NCBI RefSeq assembly: GCF_009914755.1
Contig: NC_060937.1
Length of the DNA: 64,000 bases
Source: the human T2T-CHM13v2.0 reference genome, Homo sapiens
Reading direction: 5' to 3' (one strand)
Below, piece after piece: positions 12,499-27,039 of the stretch. The notes under the pieces were generated by a model. The model did not search any database. It was not told the DNA's origin and saw nothing but the letters and a program-made list of their open reading frames with translations. A program made the translations under genes and the position numbers. How positions within the stretch are numbered: the first letter of the stretch is position 1; the number at the start of each line of letters is the position of its first letter.

Positions 12499-14868
12499 CA
12501 GGCATACTTTGGTGATGCAAGTTCAGTTCAAGACCACAGCAATAAAACAAATAACACAATAAAGCAAATCACACTTTTTTTTGGTTTTCCAGCACATATA
12601 AAAGTTATATTTACACATGTACTATAATCAAAGTATTCAATAACACATGGCTAAAAATAATGTCATATCTAATTACAAATACTTTATTGCTTAAAAATGT
12701 TAACTATCATCAGAGCTTCAGCCAGTTATAATAGTTTTTCTGGTGTAGGGTCTTGCCTCAATGTTGATGGCAGCTGACTGATCAAGGTGGTTGTTACTGG
12801 AGGTAGGAGTGGCTGTGGCAATTTCTTAAAATTGGACAATGAAGAATGACACGTTGATTGACTCTTCCTTTCATGAAAGATTTCTTTTTAGCATGCGATG
12901 CTGCTTGATTGCATTTTATCCACAGTAGAACTTTTTTCACAATTAGAATCAGTCCTCTCAACTCCTGCCACTGATTTATCAACTCAGGTTATGTAATACT
13001 CTAAATGCTTTGTTATTATTTCATTAACGTTCATGATATCTTCATCAGAATTAGATTTCATCTCAAGAAACTACTTTCTTTGACCATCTATAAGAAAAAA
13101 CTCCTCATCTGCTTAACTTTTATCATGAGATTTTAGCAATTCTGTTGCATCGTAAGACTCACTTCTAGTTCTATTTCTCTTGCTGTTTTCATTAATCTGC
13201 AATTACTTCCACCACTGAAGTCTTGAATCCTTCAAAGTCATTCATGAGTGTTGGAGGAAACTTTTCTTGAGCTTCTGTTGATACTTGATATTTCGACCTC
13301 CTTCCATGATTCATAAATGTTTTTAATGGATCTAGAATAGTGAATTGTTCCCAAAAAGTTTTAAATTTACTTTGCCCACATCCATCAGAGAAATTACTAT
13401 CTATGTCAGCTATGAAATATGGTTATTAAATAAGACTTGAAGGTCAAAATTACTCCTGGACCCATGGGCTGTGGAAAGGGTGTTGTGTTAGCAGGCATAA
13501 AAACAACTTTAATGTCCTTGTACATCTTCAACAGACATCTTGGATGATGAGGTATATTTTAAATGAGCAAGTATAGTTTAAAATTTTTTTTTTAATTTCT
13601 GATTAGTAGATCGTCATAATGGGCTTAAAATATTTAGTAAACCATGCTATAAATGGATGCATTGTCTTCAGGATTTGTCGTTCCATTTATACAGCACAGG
13701 CATTAAAAATTTGCCTTAATTCTAAAGGTTTAGAAGATTTTTGAAATGGTAAATGATCATTGGCTTCAACTTAAAGCCATCAGCTTCGTTAGCCCTTAAC
13801 AAGAAAGTCAGCTTGTCCGTTGAAGCTTTGAAGCTAGGCACTAATATTCTTTCTCTAGCTTTGAATGTCCAGGATGGCATCTTCTTCTACTATAAGACTG
13901 TTTTGTCTACATTCAAAATCTATTGTTTTGTGTAGCTATGTTTATTAATTATCTTGGGTATCTTCTGGATAACTTGCTGCAACTTCTCCATTAGCACTTG
14001 CTGCTTCATCTTGCCCTTTTATGAAGACGACTTTTTCTTTAACCTTGTTTACCAACTTCTGCTCAAACTTTCCTTCTTTAGCTTCCTCACCTCACTCAGA
14101 CTTTATAGAATTAAAGAGTTAGAGTCTTGCTCTGGATTAGACTTTGGCTTAAGGGAACATTGTAGCTTGTCTGATTGTCTATTTGGATGGCTAAAACTTT
14201 CTCCATATAAGCCATAAGGCTGTTTAGCTGTCTTATCATTTATGGGTTCACTGAAGTAGCCTTTTTCATCTCCTTCAAGAGCTTTTTCTTTGCATTTCTA
14301 ACTTTGCTGCCTGTTTAGTGCAAGAGGCCTAGCTTTTGGCCTATCTCAGCTTTCGACATGCCTTCCTCACTGAGCTTAATTATGTCTAACTTTTCATTTA
14401 AAATGAGAGACTTGTGACTCTTCCTTTCACTTGAACACTTAGAGGCCATTATAGAATTATTAATTGGCTAATTTTAATATTATCGTGTCTCAGGGAATAG
14501 GGAAATCTGGGGAAAGGGAAAGAAACAGGGGAATGGCTAGTTGGTGAAGCAGTCAGACATACACAGCATTTATCAATTATGTCATATATAAGCATGGTTT
14601 CTGGCAACCTCCCACCAAAAAAAATCACAATAGTAACATCAAAGATCACTCATTATAGATCACCATAATAGATATAATAATAAAGAAAACATTTTATATA
14701 TTGAATAATTACCAATATATGACAAAGAGACACAAAGTCAATTCATGCTATTGAAAAAATAGTGTTGATAGACTTGTTTTATATAGGGTTGCCATAAACT
14801 TTAAATTTTTAAATAATGAAACATCTGCAAAGTACAATAAGGTAAAGCAAAATAAAATGAGATATTTT
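12499..14868 (-). mobile_element. Tigger1 DNA transposon, near full length
   Basis: Terminus caggcatac...gaccacagcaataaa; transposase region on the minus strand; other end ...ctgcaaagtacaataaggtaaagcaaaataaaatgag. Confidence 0.92.
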
Positions 14869-14893
14869 AATGAATATTCATTAAATTAAAGAT

Positions 14894-14931
14894 TAATTTA
14901 TATTGTATGAACTAATTTATATTGTATGAAC
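14894..14931. repeat. Perfect 19-bp tandem duplication
   Basis: taatttatattgtatgaac x2. Confidence 0.9.
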
Positions 14932-15188
14932 AAAGACAGATTTAGCAGATAAAAATTAGGAAATAGAATGGGAGTTACTGGGAAAGTTGGAAGGAATGAA
15001 ATGTTTGCTAAGGGTATGGCATACTATTTTTAGGCATTCTTGAAACAATGCCGTCCTTATTTAATAAACTTTGGTGATCACACTAGGCTAGGTGATGATA
15101 TATAATTAAATTATTGTATCATTTTATTTGAGTAAACCTGGCTTGATGGTAATAGTCATGAAGTGGAAAAATGTGATGTACATCGAGG

Positions 15189-15877
15189 TATATTAATTTC
15201 CCAGGGCTGCTATAACAAATCACTAACTGGTAGCTTAAACAACTGAAAATTGTCTCACAGTTTTGGAGGACAGAAGTCCAAGATTAAGGTATTGGTGTGG
15301 GTGGTTCCTTCTGAGGGTTATGATAAAGAATCGGTTCCATTCCTCTTGTCTAGCTTCTGATGGTTTGTTGAAAACCTTTGGCATGAGTTTGTCATTTTTT
15401 TTTTTTTTTTTTGAGATGGAGTCTTGCTCTGTTGCCCAGGCTGCAGGGCCGTGGCGCGATCTCGGCTTTCTGCAAGCTTGGCCTCCCAGGTTCACACCGT
15501 TCTCCTGCCTCAGCCTTCCAAGTAGCTGGGACTACAGGTGCCAGCCACCATGCCCGGCTAATTTTTTGCATTTTTAGTAGAGATGGGGTTTCACCATGTT
15601 CTGCCTGCCTCGGCCGAATTTGTCATTTTTTAAGTTGCTGCAGAAGCACCACCTTGATATCTGCCTTTATCTTCACATGTGTGAAGTTTTTGTGTCCAAA
15701 TTCCCCCATTTTATAAGGATACCAGCTATACTGGAGTAGGACTCCCCCCCAATTACCTCATCTTCATTAATTACATCATCAATAACCAAATGTTGAAATA
15801 ATGTCACATTCTGGGATATTGTTTTAGGACTTTAACATCTGGACTAAGGAAAGAAGAGTGTAATTCATCCCATAACA
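15189..15877 (-). mobile_element. MLT1C-type MaLR solo LTR, split by an Alu
   Basis: tttcccagggctgctataacaaat...ctcacagttttggaggacagaagtccaag...attcatcccataaca. Confidence 0.8.
15400..15615 (-). mobile_element. AluY-type element, 5'-truncated with an internal deletion
   Basis: Poly-T tail; AluY-type right arm (tgcaagct, ttcacaccgttctcc); TSD gagtttgtcattttt (15385-15399) / gaatttgtcattttt (15616-15630). Confidence 0.88.
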
Positions 15878-16605
15878 ACGTGGCTACATGTTTTTAGTAG
15901 TGAAAAGCAGAGAGGGGAAAAGAAGCTGAAGACATGTGCAAAAGAAATACAAGAGTGTTGGCCCAGGGAGATCTACCTAGATATATCGAGAATTGATGAT
16001 TGATTAAAAAAAAAAAAGAAGGAATAAGAATAAAGTATTAGAGATATTGTTTAGTTAGCTAACCAACAAAAAAGACTACTTTGTTTTGTATCCATCTCAT
16101 GGAGGTTATTTTTCTTTGTGACCTGATTTCTAATATCTTATAAATTACACCTTCTTATATTATTCCTAGCATTTTTTTTTAGTTGATCCCCTGAGAGGAT
16201 AAATTCAGTCCCTATTATTCTATCGTAACAAGAAGTCTGAAATACATCTTTCAGTAGTAAATGTTAAGTTTACATTCTGAGGAGACATTGAAGTTCGAGA
16301 GTAGTATGTTTGCAGCAGGGTTTTCAGAAATTCTCTGATTATTTTCATTGAAGAGTTCCTGGGTATTTTGTTGTCGTTTTTAGTAGATGGAGTGTACAAT
16401 AAAAGCTATTTTGCAGATGTATTTATTCATTCTATAGAAATGTGTTTAAGTACTTATGATGAACCAGTTCCTGTGCTACATTCTGAAGAAATTAAAACTA
16501 AGAAATCTAAGAAGTTTCCTCTGGGTATTTCCAGTATATTAGGAGAAATTTTGTCCAAATGGCATATTATAGTTATCAATATTAACACACCTAAAATATA
16601 TTTAG

Positions 16606-17100
16606 ATATAGCAAAATATGGTAAACATATTTGCTTGTCAATCCAACAGTCATTTCTACTTATTAATAAAAATACTCAAGATTTGTTCATGTTTAGTGTT
16701 ACAAGAGAATATCACTCTGTCTTATCTCCATTTCATAGCTTGTGACTCTTTGATAGAGATAAGTTTAATGGTTTGCATTTGAATAAAGCCTGGAAAATGG
16801 TACAGGAAGATGATGCTGGGTGAGCTTCAGTCAATCAATTCTATCTATATTTCAAAGAGAAGATACAAAGAAAACTATCCCTTTCTTCACGCTGTTGGAA
16901 TCATGGAAATTGAAGCTGTTGTAGCCATCTTAAATTCAGAGAGAGTAACCTGAGAATAAGTCAAGATTCTAAGAATAAAGGAGTAGACATCTGAAAAGTG
17001 ACCTGGTCTCCAGAATTCTTATTATATGAAATAGACTGTGCACTCATTGTCTAAGCCATGTGTACTTGAGTAGTTATTTACAAACAAATTATCTTGACAA
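16606..17100 (+). mobile_element. Old MLT1 (J/K-like) LTR fragment
   Basis: gaagctgttgtagccatctt...gagagtaacctgagaataag...ttgtctaagccatg; heavily diverged. Confidence 0.4.
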
Positions 17101-17243
17101 GTATTTTATACAATCATTCTTTCTCTTTCCTAAATGTAATGATATTAGGCATTACATCCAGTTCTACAAGTTCTATCCATAACTCTGGGATTTACAAGCA
17201 TTAAAGTGGTAAATTTCTTCAGAGACATTTTCATTGCTTAGTT

Positions 17244-17325
17244 CAACTGACCAAACTTCGCTTCTGCAAACTTTGCAACTGACCAAACTTTGCAACTGAC
17301 CAGTTGCAAGTAACAACTGACCAAA
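17244..17325. repeat. Complex micro-repeat: four CAACTGACCA copies plus a 9-bp inverted repeat
   Basis: Copies start at 17244, 17276, 17293 and 17314; ttgcaactg-ac-cagttgcaa at 17290-17309. Confidence 0.9.
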
Positions 17326-17699
17326 ATAAATTGTAAATTAAAATCTACAGAACTTTTGATTCAAAATAATTATGATTTTCTAGGTCAAATGAGGGGTAAT
17401 AATTACCTCTTATTTCCTCAAGTTTCACTGGACAAGTGAACAATTAATGGTGCTAATTACAATGATGAGGTTATAATTCTTCAGTTTTTGTTAACCTCTT
17501 TTACCCTAACATTTAACCTTTTCTTTCATTGATGTTCTCTCTCGTTGATAAAGTACATGGAATTCACACAATTTTCAAAAATTCTTGATATTTTAAAGCC
17601 TGCTTATTTAAAACATTAACATAAATGTATCTTCCTTGTATATTAAATTTAAAGTGATAATATGCAACTTATATCTCTACTTACTAATACAGTACACTT

Positions 17700-18550
17700 A
17701 TATATGACAAACAGTAATTTTCATCTGGATGTCACTAATGTACTTCAATCTAAAAGTATCATCTATTCCTCATGTCCTATTGCCCTTTCTTCGTTCTGGG
17801 CCCTTATGATTAACATCTCCATTTGCCCAGTCGCCAACTCCAGAAAATTAAAAGCCATTACAAATATGATTTTCTCTATCATCACAAACCCTCTAACCAG
17901 TCAAATTTTATCAGTTTTACCACTTTAATATCTCTTACATCCTTCTTCTCTTTTTTTTCCACATGGCAATTTACTTTATGTGCATATTACTTCTCAAATA
18001 TCTTATTATCATAGCTTCCTAAAGCATATCTCTATCTCCAATTACATTTGTCTCATAAATAATTATATGTAATTCTTCTTAAATGCTAATTAATGAGATT
18101 GTTTTTCTTAAAATGCACCAATAACTTTAAGACAAATTTTTGAATAACTTAGCAATTAATGTTCTTCACAGTTTGGTCCTCAGCTGTGTTTTGCTTTGTT
18201 TCTCCCCACTGCACTCCAGTGATAGACCACTACTGAATTCTCAACCTGCATCAGGGTGTTTTATATCATCAAAAGTTTATACATTCTGTTCTCTGCTCTG
18301 AATGACTTTCTACCCTCTCTGTATAGTTTTCTCCTTCTCCTACTTCATAACTGAATTCCAAGGAAACTGTTTCTCTGAACTTTTCTTTCACCTCCCAATA
18401 GGGTAGCATATTTATTTTATGTTACCATAACAACTTATGTGCATAATTCCTAGCATCATTCAACTTTTATGCCTGCTATCCAGCACATTACTCAGAATAT
18501 AGAAGGCACACAATAAATGCATGTTGAATACATAACAATAGAAATGAGTG
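17700..18550 (+). mobile_element. L2 3' fragment
   Basis: catctggatgtc...tatccagcac...tagaaggcacacaataaatgcatgttgaata, a typical L2 terminus. Confidence 0.55.
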
Positions 18551-19870
18551 GTTTCCTTCTTTGATTTATTCTTATCTTTTGTGTGACATAGCTGCTATTT
18601 GAGAAAGAACAATTTATGGCTACTTGTTTCATACACTAGTTGTTCAGATTCATTCATATGGGAAACTACTTGTGAAAGTAAATACAAAATAAAATGAAAA
18701 GCATTGTAAGTAGGAAAAAAACACATTCTGTAAGTTTTAGTACTTTCTGATACAGGATGTAACAATTTTTTTTCTTTTATAAAAATTATTTCTTTTTATA
18801 CAATGTCAAAATGCCTATTGTTTCTGGAAACACACTACCACTTTCTAAACAATTTATTTATTTTCATGAACATATTTTTAGACCAGTTCCAAAATGTGTA
18901 GAGGAAATAGTCACACTATAACATTAGTTTTAAGAATATATTCATATTTAATATATAGTATCAGAAACCGATAAGGAAATTCAATGTCATATCACATAAA
19001 TAATGACAATGTATCTCTGTTATCAATATAAAACAAATGAGGAATAGAGGAGGTAAATACTTTTCCTTTGTGCTGTCAGTTAGTATTCTTGACCTAAAAA
19101 AAATTATGAAAAGAAAACTTCTTTTAATTGCTTGAATTTCTCCTCTAAATATTAGCACAAAAACTTACATATTACATTAAACTAACTTGACATAACCATA
19201 AAGTCATAGTGGAGAAAACATAACAGAATTTTAATTTGTTTATGAGACAATTCCACATGACATTTTCATCAATTTAGTAAATGTCACATTCTCAATATTA
19301 ATGTGAATCACACAATATAGTCTTACATATAAGGAACTTTTATTTGTGATTTCTTGTCAATAATAAGGACATGTTCTATTTATTATATTTTTTAAAGATG
19401 AGCATATTTTCTCAATTTTTATATGATTGGAAAGTAAGGTTAATTAGAATCTGTATTATACAGGGAAATTTCATATTGAAAAGATAAATTTTATGTTAAA
19501 AGTATGTAATTTCAACATAACAAGAACTGATAGCCTTCAAAAGCAAAATATAATTTATATATGAAATAAAAAATACCCAGGTCAAAGTAGGAGAGCAATT
19601 TACTAGAAACACAGATAAAGGAAAACAGTTTAATATTGTGGACATAAACTATCATATTATAGTACTAAAATAATTATGACGTTTGTGACATTTGAAAGAT
19701 TTGAAACTGATCTTTCTGAATCATTCTTTGTCAAAGAATGCTGCATCTACGTTTTGCAAACATCCTTTAAAAATGGACTTTGAGCACATGGACATTAAAA
19801 AGTAATAGTCAATAGAATTGTCAATAGTAGAATGAAAAATGAGATTTAGCACTGAATTTTTAAAAGTTAA

Positions 19871-20240
<370 letters not shown>

Positions 20241-20482
20241 TAACATAAGTAAACAACATGAAATTTTTAAAAGAGGGAACTTATTTGGATATAATTATTT
20301 CTTATTTTCATTTGTGAATTATAAAATACTATGTTGGGGAAGATATAAAAAATCAGTATCTGATAATCTTTAGTGAAAAAATAAACATTTCTTTTTGATG
20401 ACCTTACTTTTGTCTGTTTTAAAAGAGAGGTAAATACTTTCTTTCATTTAAAAACATACTAATTGATTTTCATTTATGTATA

Positions 20483-21542
20483 TCAATTATTTATGACATT
20501 TTGGATAAGAACAGACCACATATACAACAGTGGTCCTATAAGATTGTAATATTTTTTTACTGTACCTTTCTCTATGTTTAGATATGTTTAGATACACACA
20601 TACTTACTATTGTGTTACTGAAATGGCCTCATTGCCTGGGGTGGCACCCGAAGTTCTTGGTCATGGCCAAGGGAATCAAAGACGCAGACATACCAAGGGT
20701 GAGGTTAGAGCAGAAGTTTAATAGGCAAAAGAGAGTAGCTCTCTGCTTCAGAAAGAGGTCCCAAAAAGGGTTGCTGTTCCACAGTAAAATGCAAGGGTTT
20801 TAATAAAGGAGCTAGTGGGGAGGGGGTACTTTATCTACATATGGCACGAAAAACCAGTTCGAACCAGATGTGTCATTTTCATAAAGCACAGATCTCTAGC
20901 AGCCACAATCCCAACCTTTTATTATTCAGGCTTGTCCTTAGCCTAAGCTACTCCATGTTGCTTATCTCTTTCCTACTGTGCACGTGCTAAAAAAGGTGTG
21001 GGAGCAGAGACCCCATGGTCCACGTGCCTGGCCCAAGGTAGTACCTTCTATTGGTGCAGCTGCAGGCATCCTCCTACCCCGTGCAAGCTTCCAGCTTCCT
21101 TATCTAAATATGTCCCCAGAAAAGAAAGGTGTGTGCTTACCGGGACCTACCTTATGTGTGTGAAGCTTGCTGATTACCCAGGAAGCTCCTGCTTTGTGTC
21201 CGAGATGCTTCCTTATCTATGTTTACAGCCCGATCTTCCAGGCTACTTTTTGTTAAAAGTGATTTCTTGGGCTGCTTTTTGTTAGAAGGGAAGTTCTGCC
21301 AAGGACTCTGCCCTAACCATCTGCCTAGCTAGTTTCTTTCTACCTCCTCTCTTATTACAATTGTCTGCGACATTCGGTACAAGTTTGTAGCCTAGGAGCC
21401 ATAAACTATATCATATAGCCTAGGAATGTCATAAGGTATACTATCTGGGCTTGTGTAAGTACGCTGTATGATGTTTGTGTGACAAAGTCACCTAATGATG
21501 TGTTTCTCAGAATGTATCCCTGCCTTAAGTGATGCATAATTG
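20483..21542 (-). mobile_element. Tigger3a (MER7A) MITE, split by an ERV1 LTR
   Basis: ggtcctataagattg...tactgtacctttctctatgtttagatatgtttagatacac and ...ttctcagaatgtatccctgccttaagtgatgcataattg-TA. Confidence 0.85.
20619..21354 (-). mobile_element. ERV1 solo LTR, MER50-like (736 bp)
   Basis: 4-bp TSD ttac at 20615-20618 and 21355-21358; minus-strand start (t)aagagaggaggtagaaagaaactagctaggcag. Confidence 0.75.
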
Positions 21543-23587
21543 TATCGCAATAGCTACCTCTCCTTTTAAAAATAAACCTTTTCTATAAAGGTTTTCTTTA
21601 CCTAAGTCTAGATTTGTTTTTATTTGATGTGGGAAAAGTAGATAATGTTTTTTGGAGAATTTATATTTATATATTAACTTTAAATGTAAGTTCTTACCCA
21701 TTAGAAATGTCGTTGTTGACAATTAGGTTAATATTGCGGGGAGAGGAAAAGAAAAAGTCTTGTCTATAAATATGGTTTCAACTGAGAAATATAATGGCCA
21801 AAATTGTGTTATATTATATACATTCTAAGATAGAGATGCTCCTTTTTAATACTAGTATAAGTCTATACCGCAAAAGCATCTAAGTAGGTTACTTCTCACA
21901 CACTCGCAGTTGCCCCTTATTAGTTCCCTGACTCAAATTCACATGCAAACAGTGGAAACTGCTTTAACAGGGTGATAACTCTTTTCTCTTCCCTGGGGCA
22001 AAATCCATTTAACCTGGCCTGACTACCTAACCAGGTGTGAATCCTCACTGAGGTGCAAATTTATTTCTGTATAATAGAAAGGTTACCAATTCACCCCTGG
22101 GGAAACAGCAAGTGATCAAGAGTAAATCATTTTAATTCAGTTCTAAAATAGATAATTTAAAAAAAAATAAAATTTCAGAAACAAAAAGATACTGCTGGGA
22201 TAACCTGCAGGGAATGTTGCTTATGGAAAAATATAGCTTTAGTATGGCTTGATCTAGGAGAAGTTCTGGCCATGCAATATGGAAGTACTTGTAGATTGTG
22301 GTCTATACACTCATGCTCCAGAGTTGCAATTAAATCCTCTAAAATATCATATATATCTCAACTGAAGCAGCCTCACACCTCCACAAGATGGGTTGCCTTT
22401 TAAATTGCTGCCTTCCTAGGGATTTCTTTCACATGAAGTGATTGCAAAGGAATATTTCTTTATTGCACAATACATATATTTGACACTTCAAATGGTTTTC
22501 TTTGGCTTCTAAGGGGCTGGTGGCCATAAAATCTGTCTTGTTTGGAGTGATAAGCATTTGTGAACTCTATGTCATTGTTTGCTATACTACTTTGTTGCAC
22601 ATAATTGTCAACATATATGATAAAGTAGCTTTGGAAGTGCAAAGGTCCATCATGTTTCACTATGCATTACAGCAACATGTCAGCTGCAATATAGATGTGG
22701 GGGCAGGTCACTCATAGCCTTTGAAGTAGATTTATCAAATTGTTAATTATGTCAAAATTATTAAATATGATAGAATTTATAATAGTTCTTGTTTGACAGC
22801 ACTGATAACTGAAAATGAAAAGGTTAAAACTATAACTTTATATTCTCAATGATGTGTCTTCTAAAATATCTTCTATGAAATCAGTATTTATTAAAAGATT
22901 AGCTTAAAACTTGTCTAAAAGTTGGAAATTATTCCTGCTCCTTTTAAATGAAGGCAATAAAAAGAAAGAGTTGCCAAAACATAGTTATGAGATTTTAATC
23001 GTCTAATTTGACATGCAGTTCATTTTTTTAAATAATTGTACCAAATCTCATCAGCAACAACATATCATTGGTGACATAATGTGAATTAATCCTTTTAAAG
23101 TTATATGTGTCAGGGAATATATTACATAATTGTGTGATTATAAAATATATAATTTCAGCAGAGAATAATCTCCAGTTTGTGTGAGAAATAAAGTAGATGA
23201 AAGCTAAAAGCTTAATCTGCTGGAGGTGCATATTAAAATGATAAAATAATAAAATAACAGCAGAAAGAATAGAAAGAAAATATTAACTCAAACACACATG
23301 TCCTACCAGGTTTGTTTTGACTTAAATGATAGCACTGTCAGCACTGGAGCAATTTGGAAATCTTTGTCATAAGGCAAAGGTTACATTTAAGTATGATGCA
23401 ACTACATTTGATGAAATATTAATAGTGGTAATAGGCAATAACATTAACAAAGCATGAGATTTTACAGACAGTTTTCTAACTACAGAAGTTAAAATATTAA
23501 TATTATCTGCATATTGCAGATGCAGAACCCAAGGTCCCAATGGTTTACATAAATTTTCCAAGACAATAAGTTAATAGCTGTAGAAAC

Positions 23588-24639
<1,052 letters not shown>

Positions 24640-25555
24640 GCAACAAGTTTTAAACAGAGACTTGACTACTGACATGGACTCTTAACAATTACACTATGAC
24701 TCTTCTTGCCAGAATACAGAGATCCAATATCCAGGCAGCCCACCTGGATATCACCTCCCTACCCCGACAGATATCTGTTCTTCATAGAAACATACTGACA
24801 TTGAAAACAAATATCATTTATTGGTTCATCTTTAGTTTGGCATGTATAAATACTTCATAACTCATATGACCATTTTTTAATTACATAAACCTTCTAAAAT
24901 GATTTCTCCATTTAATTCAGTTTAAGAATTATCTAGGCAGTTGGTTTAAAATGCAGCTTCCCGGAGGAGATTCTATTTTTCAGATTGGGCTTATGAATAT
25001 GCATATTTAAATGTTAAAAGATAATTGTGAGGTAGGTGATATATGGGTAACACTATGAGAAACATGACCACCATAATCATCTTTTAAAATCATAAGCAAC
25101 TTCTGTCTTTCCAGATGAATTTCAACATTATATAACTTAGAGCCTTTCCTATATAAAAATATCACACTAGAAACGTAAAACTGATACAACAATCTTTATT
25201 TCCTTTGCAATGGTAAATTGCTAGATCTTAGACTTATTCTTTGAAGACATTTAGTGGAAGGAAAAGCATTCACAAGATTTATTGTGTTCAAATATTTACA
25301 AAAATAAAATATTACATATTGTTGCTATTATCAATCCTTATAGTAAATATTCTCTCTTCCAGGGAGATCGGCAGTGTTGCGGATGCTGAGCACTCCGTAA
25401 GCCAAGATCCTTGAAGGAAAACCATGGTAGAAGCAATGAACCAAAAGTAAAATTTTGTTGTTTAAAGACACAGGCTTTGTTGCTACTGATACTGCATAAT
25501 CACCTAGCCTTCCCTGACTGAAAGTATGTATTACTTTCTCTTCTGCTCGCATGAT

Positions 25556-26025
25556 TGTAGAAGATATTTGTCATTTCTTGGCTGCCCATCAATCAAATCC
25601 TAAGACCCTTCCTTTGCCACCCCTTATTCCACTTGAATGAGATAACGTTTATGGGAGGAGAGCATTGCCTCCACCTCAGAAACACAAGGGGATGATTATC
25701 CTTCCCACTGCTCTGCCCCAGCCCGGGAAATAGACCAATGTCTGCATCTCAGACATTTGGAAACTCTTTCCAGAAACTTTGAGTTTTGAATGTCGGTGAA
25801 TTTTGTAACAGCAAGTGATTATAAATCTCCGGAATTTATTTTTCTCCTCAACATATTTTATAGATTTCCAGCTTCCTGATGATTTCATCAACAACCCTTA
25901 AATAGCCTTCTCATATATAATTATGATTACTATTAGAATATCATATGCATTTTGTTATTATTATTATTACTTAATACATGGAGAGTCAGATGTGTTTCTT
26001 GTAACCCAGAACCTTGACTGAGAGT
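25556..26025 (+). mobile_element. Old ERVL-type LTR (LTR33/LTR41-like), tentative
   Basis: Starts tgtagaag...ttggctgcccatc; ends ...tttcttgtaacccagaaccttgactgaga, like ERVL LTR 3' ends. Confidence 0.35.
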
Positions 26026-26164
26026 GCTTGTCTTAAGAATAATTATTTGAAGAATAGACTAGGAATAAGGGGATTTAAGCAAAAAATTGTTTTTTTCCTT
26101 TTAAAGACTAAATGTTTTTGTTAATTCTTTGAATTATTCTTGTTGTTATTTTAAAATGCAGTAG

Positions 26165-26488
<324 letters not shown>

Positions 26489-27039
26489 AAAACTTAATAA
26501 ATTAGATTGCTTCTTTAAAGAAGGTAATATACTCTGAGTTATAAAAAAAAAAACCCATTGTTTTATGGTTCAGCTATTGTGAGGTTTTCCTACACACACA
26601 TCAGCTATCCACAAGCTTCTTTTCAATAACTTACCAATTTTTTTTGCCACTCTCTAACTTCCAAGTATATTTGACTTTTAGCCACTGTATCCTTCCTTGT
26701 TAATGCTTGACTTGTTTAAATTTGAGGAAGTAAATATTTGATTCATATTTCTGTAACTATAGTGTTGTTGAAGTCTGACATTAAACAGCTTACAGTCACT
26801 AAATTCACGGACTGCCTTCGGCTTAAACAATTAAATAGCAAAATATGCTCCTATATGTAGCCAATAATTGGAGAACTTCGTTATTGTATTCTGTTTCTAC
26901 ATATTGTTAAATAAATTTTATATAAATAGGGGATTTTTTTGCATTTGTTTGCTTTGTTTTTAAATAGAATACATTTTTTTTTTCCTGGAGACTTCGTTGC
27001 TTTTTCTTTCTCCTTAATTTTTTCTCTCTCTATGTCTCT

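Noticed and set aside
17244-17325. CRISPR-like repeat-spacer array
   Set aside because: 10-bp repeat, irregular short spacers copied from local sequence, eukaryotic context, no cas genes
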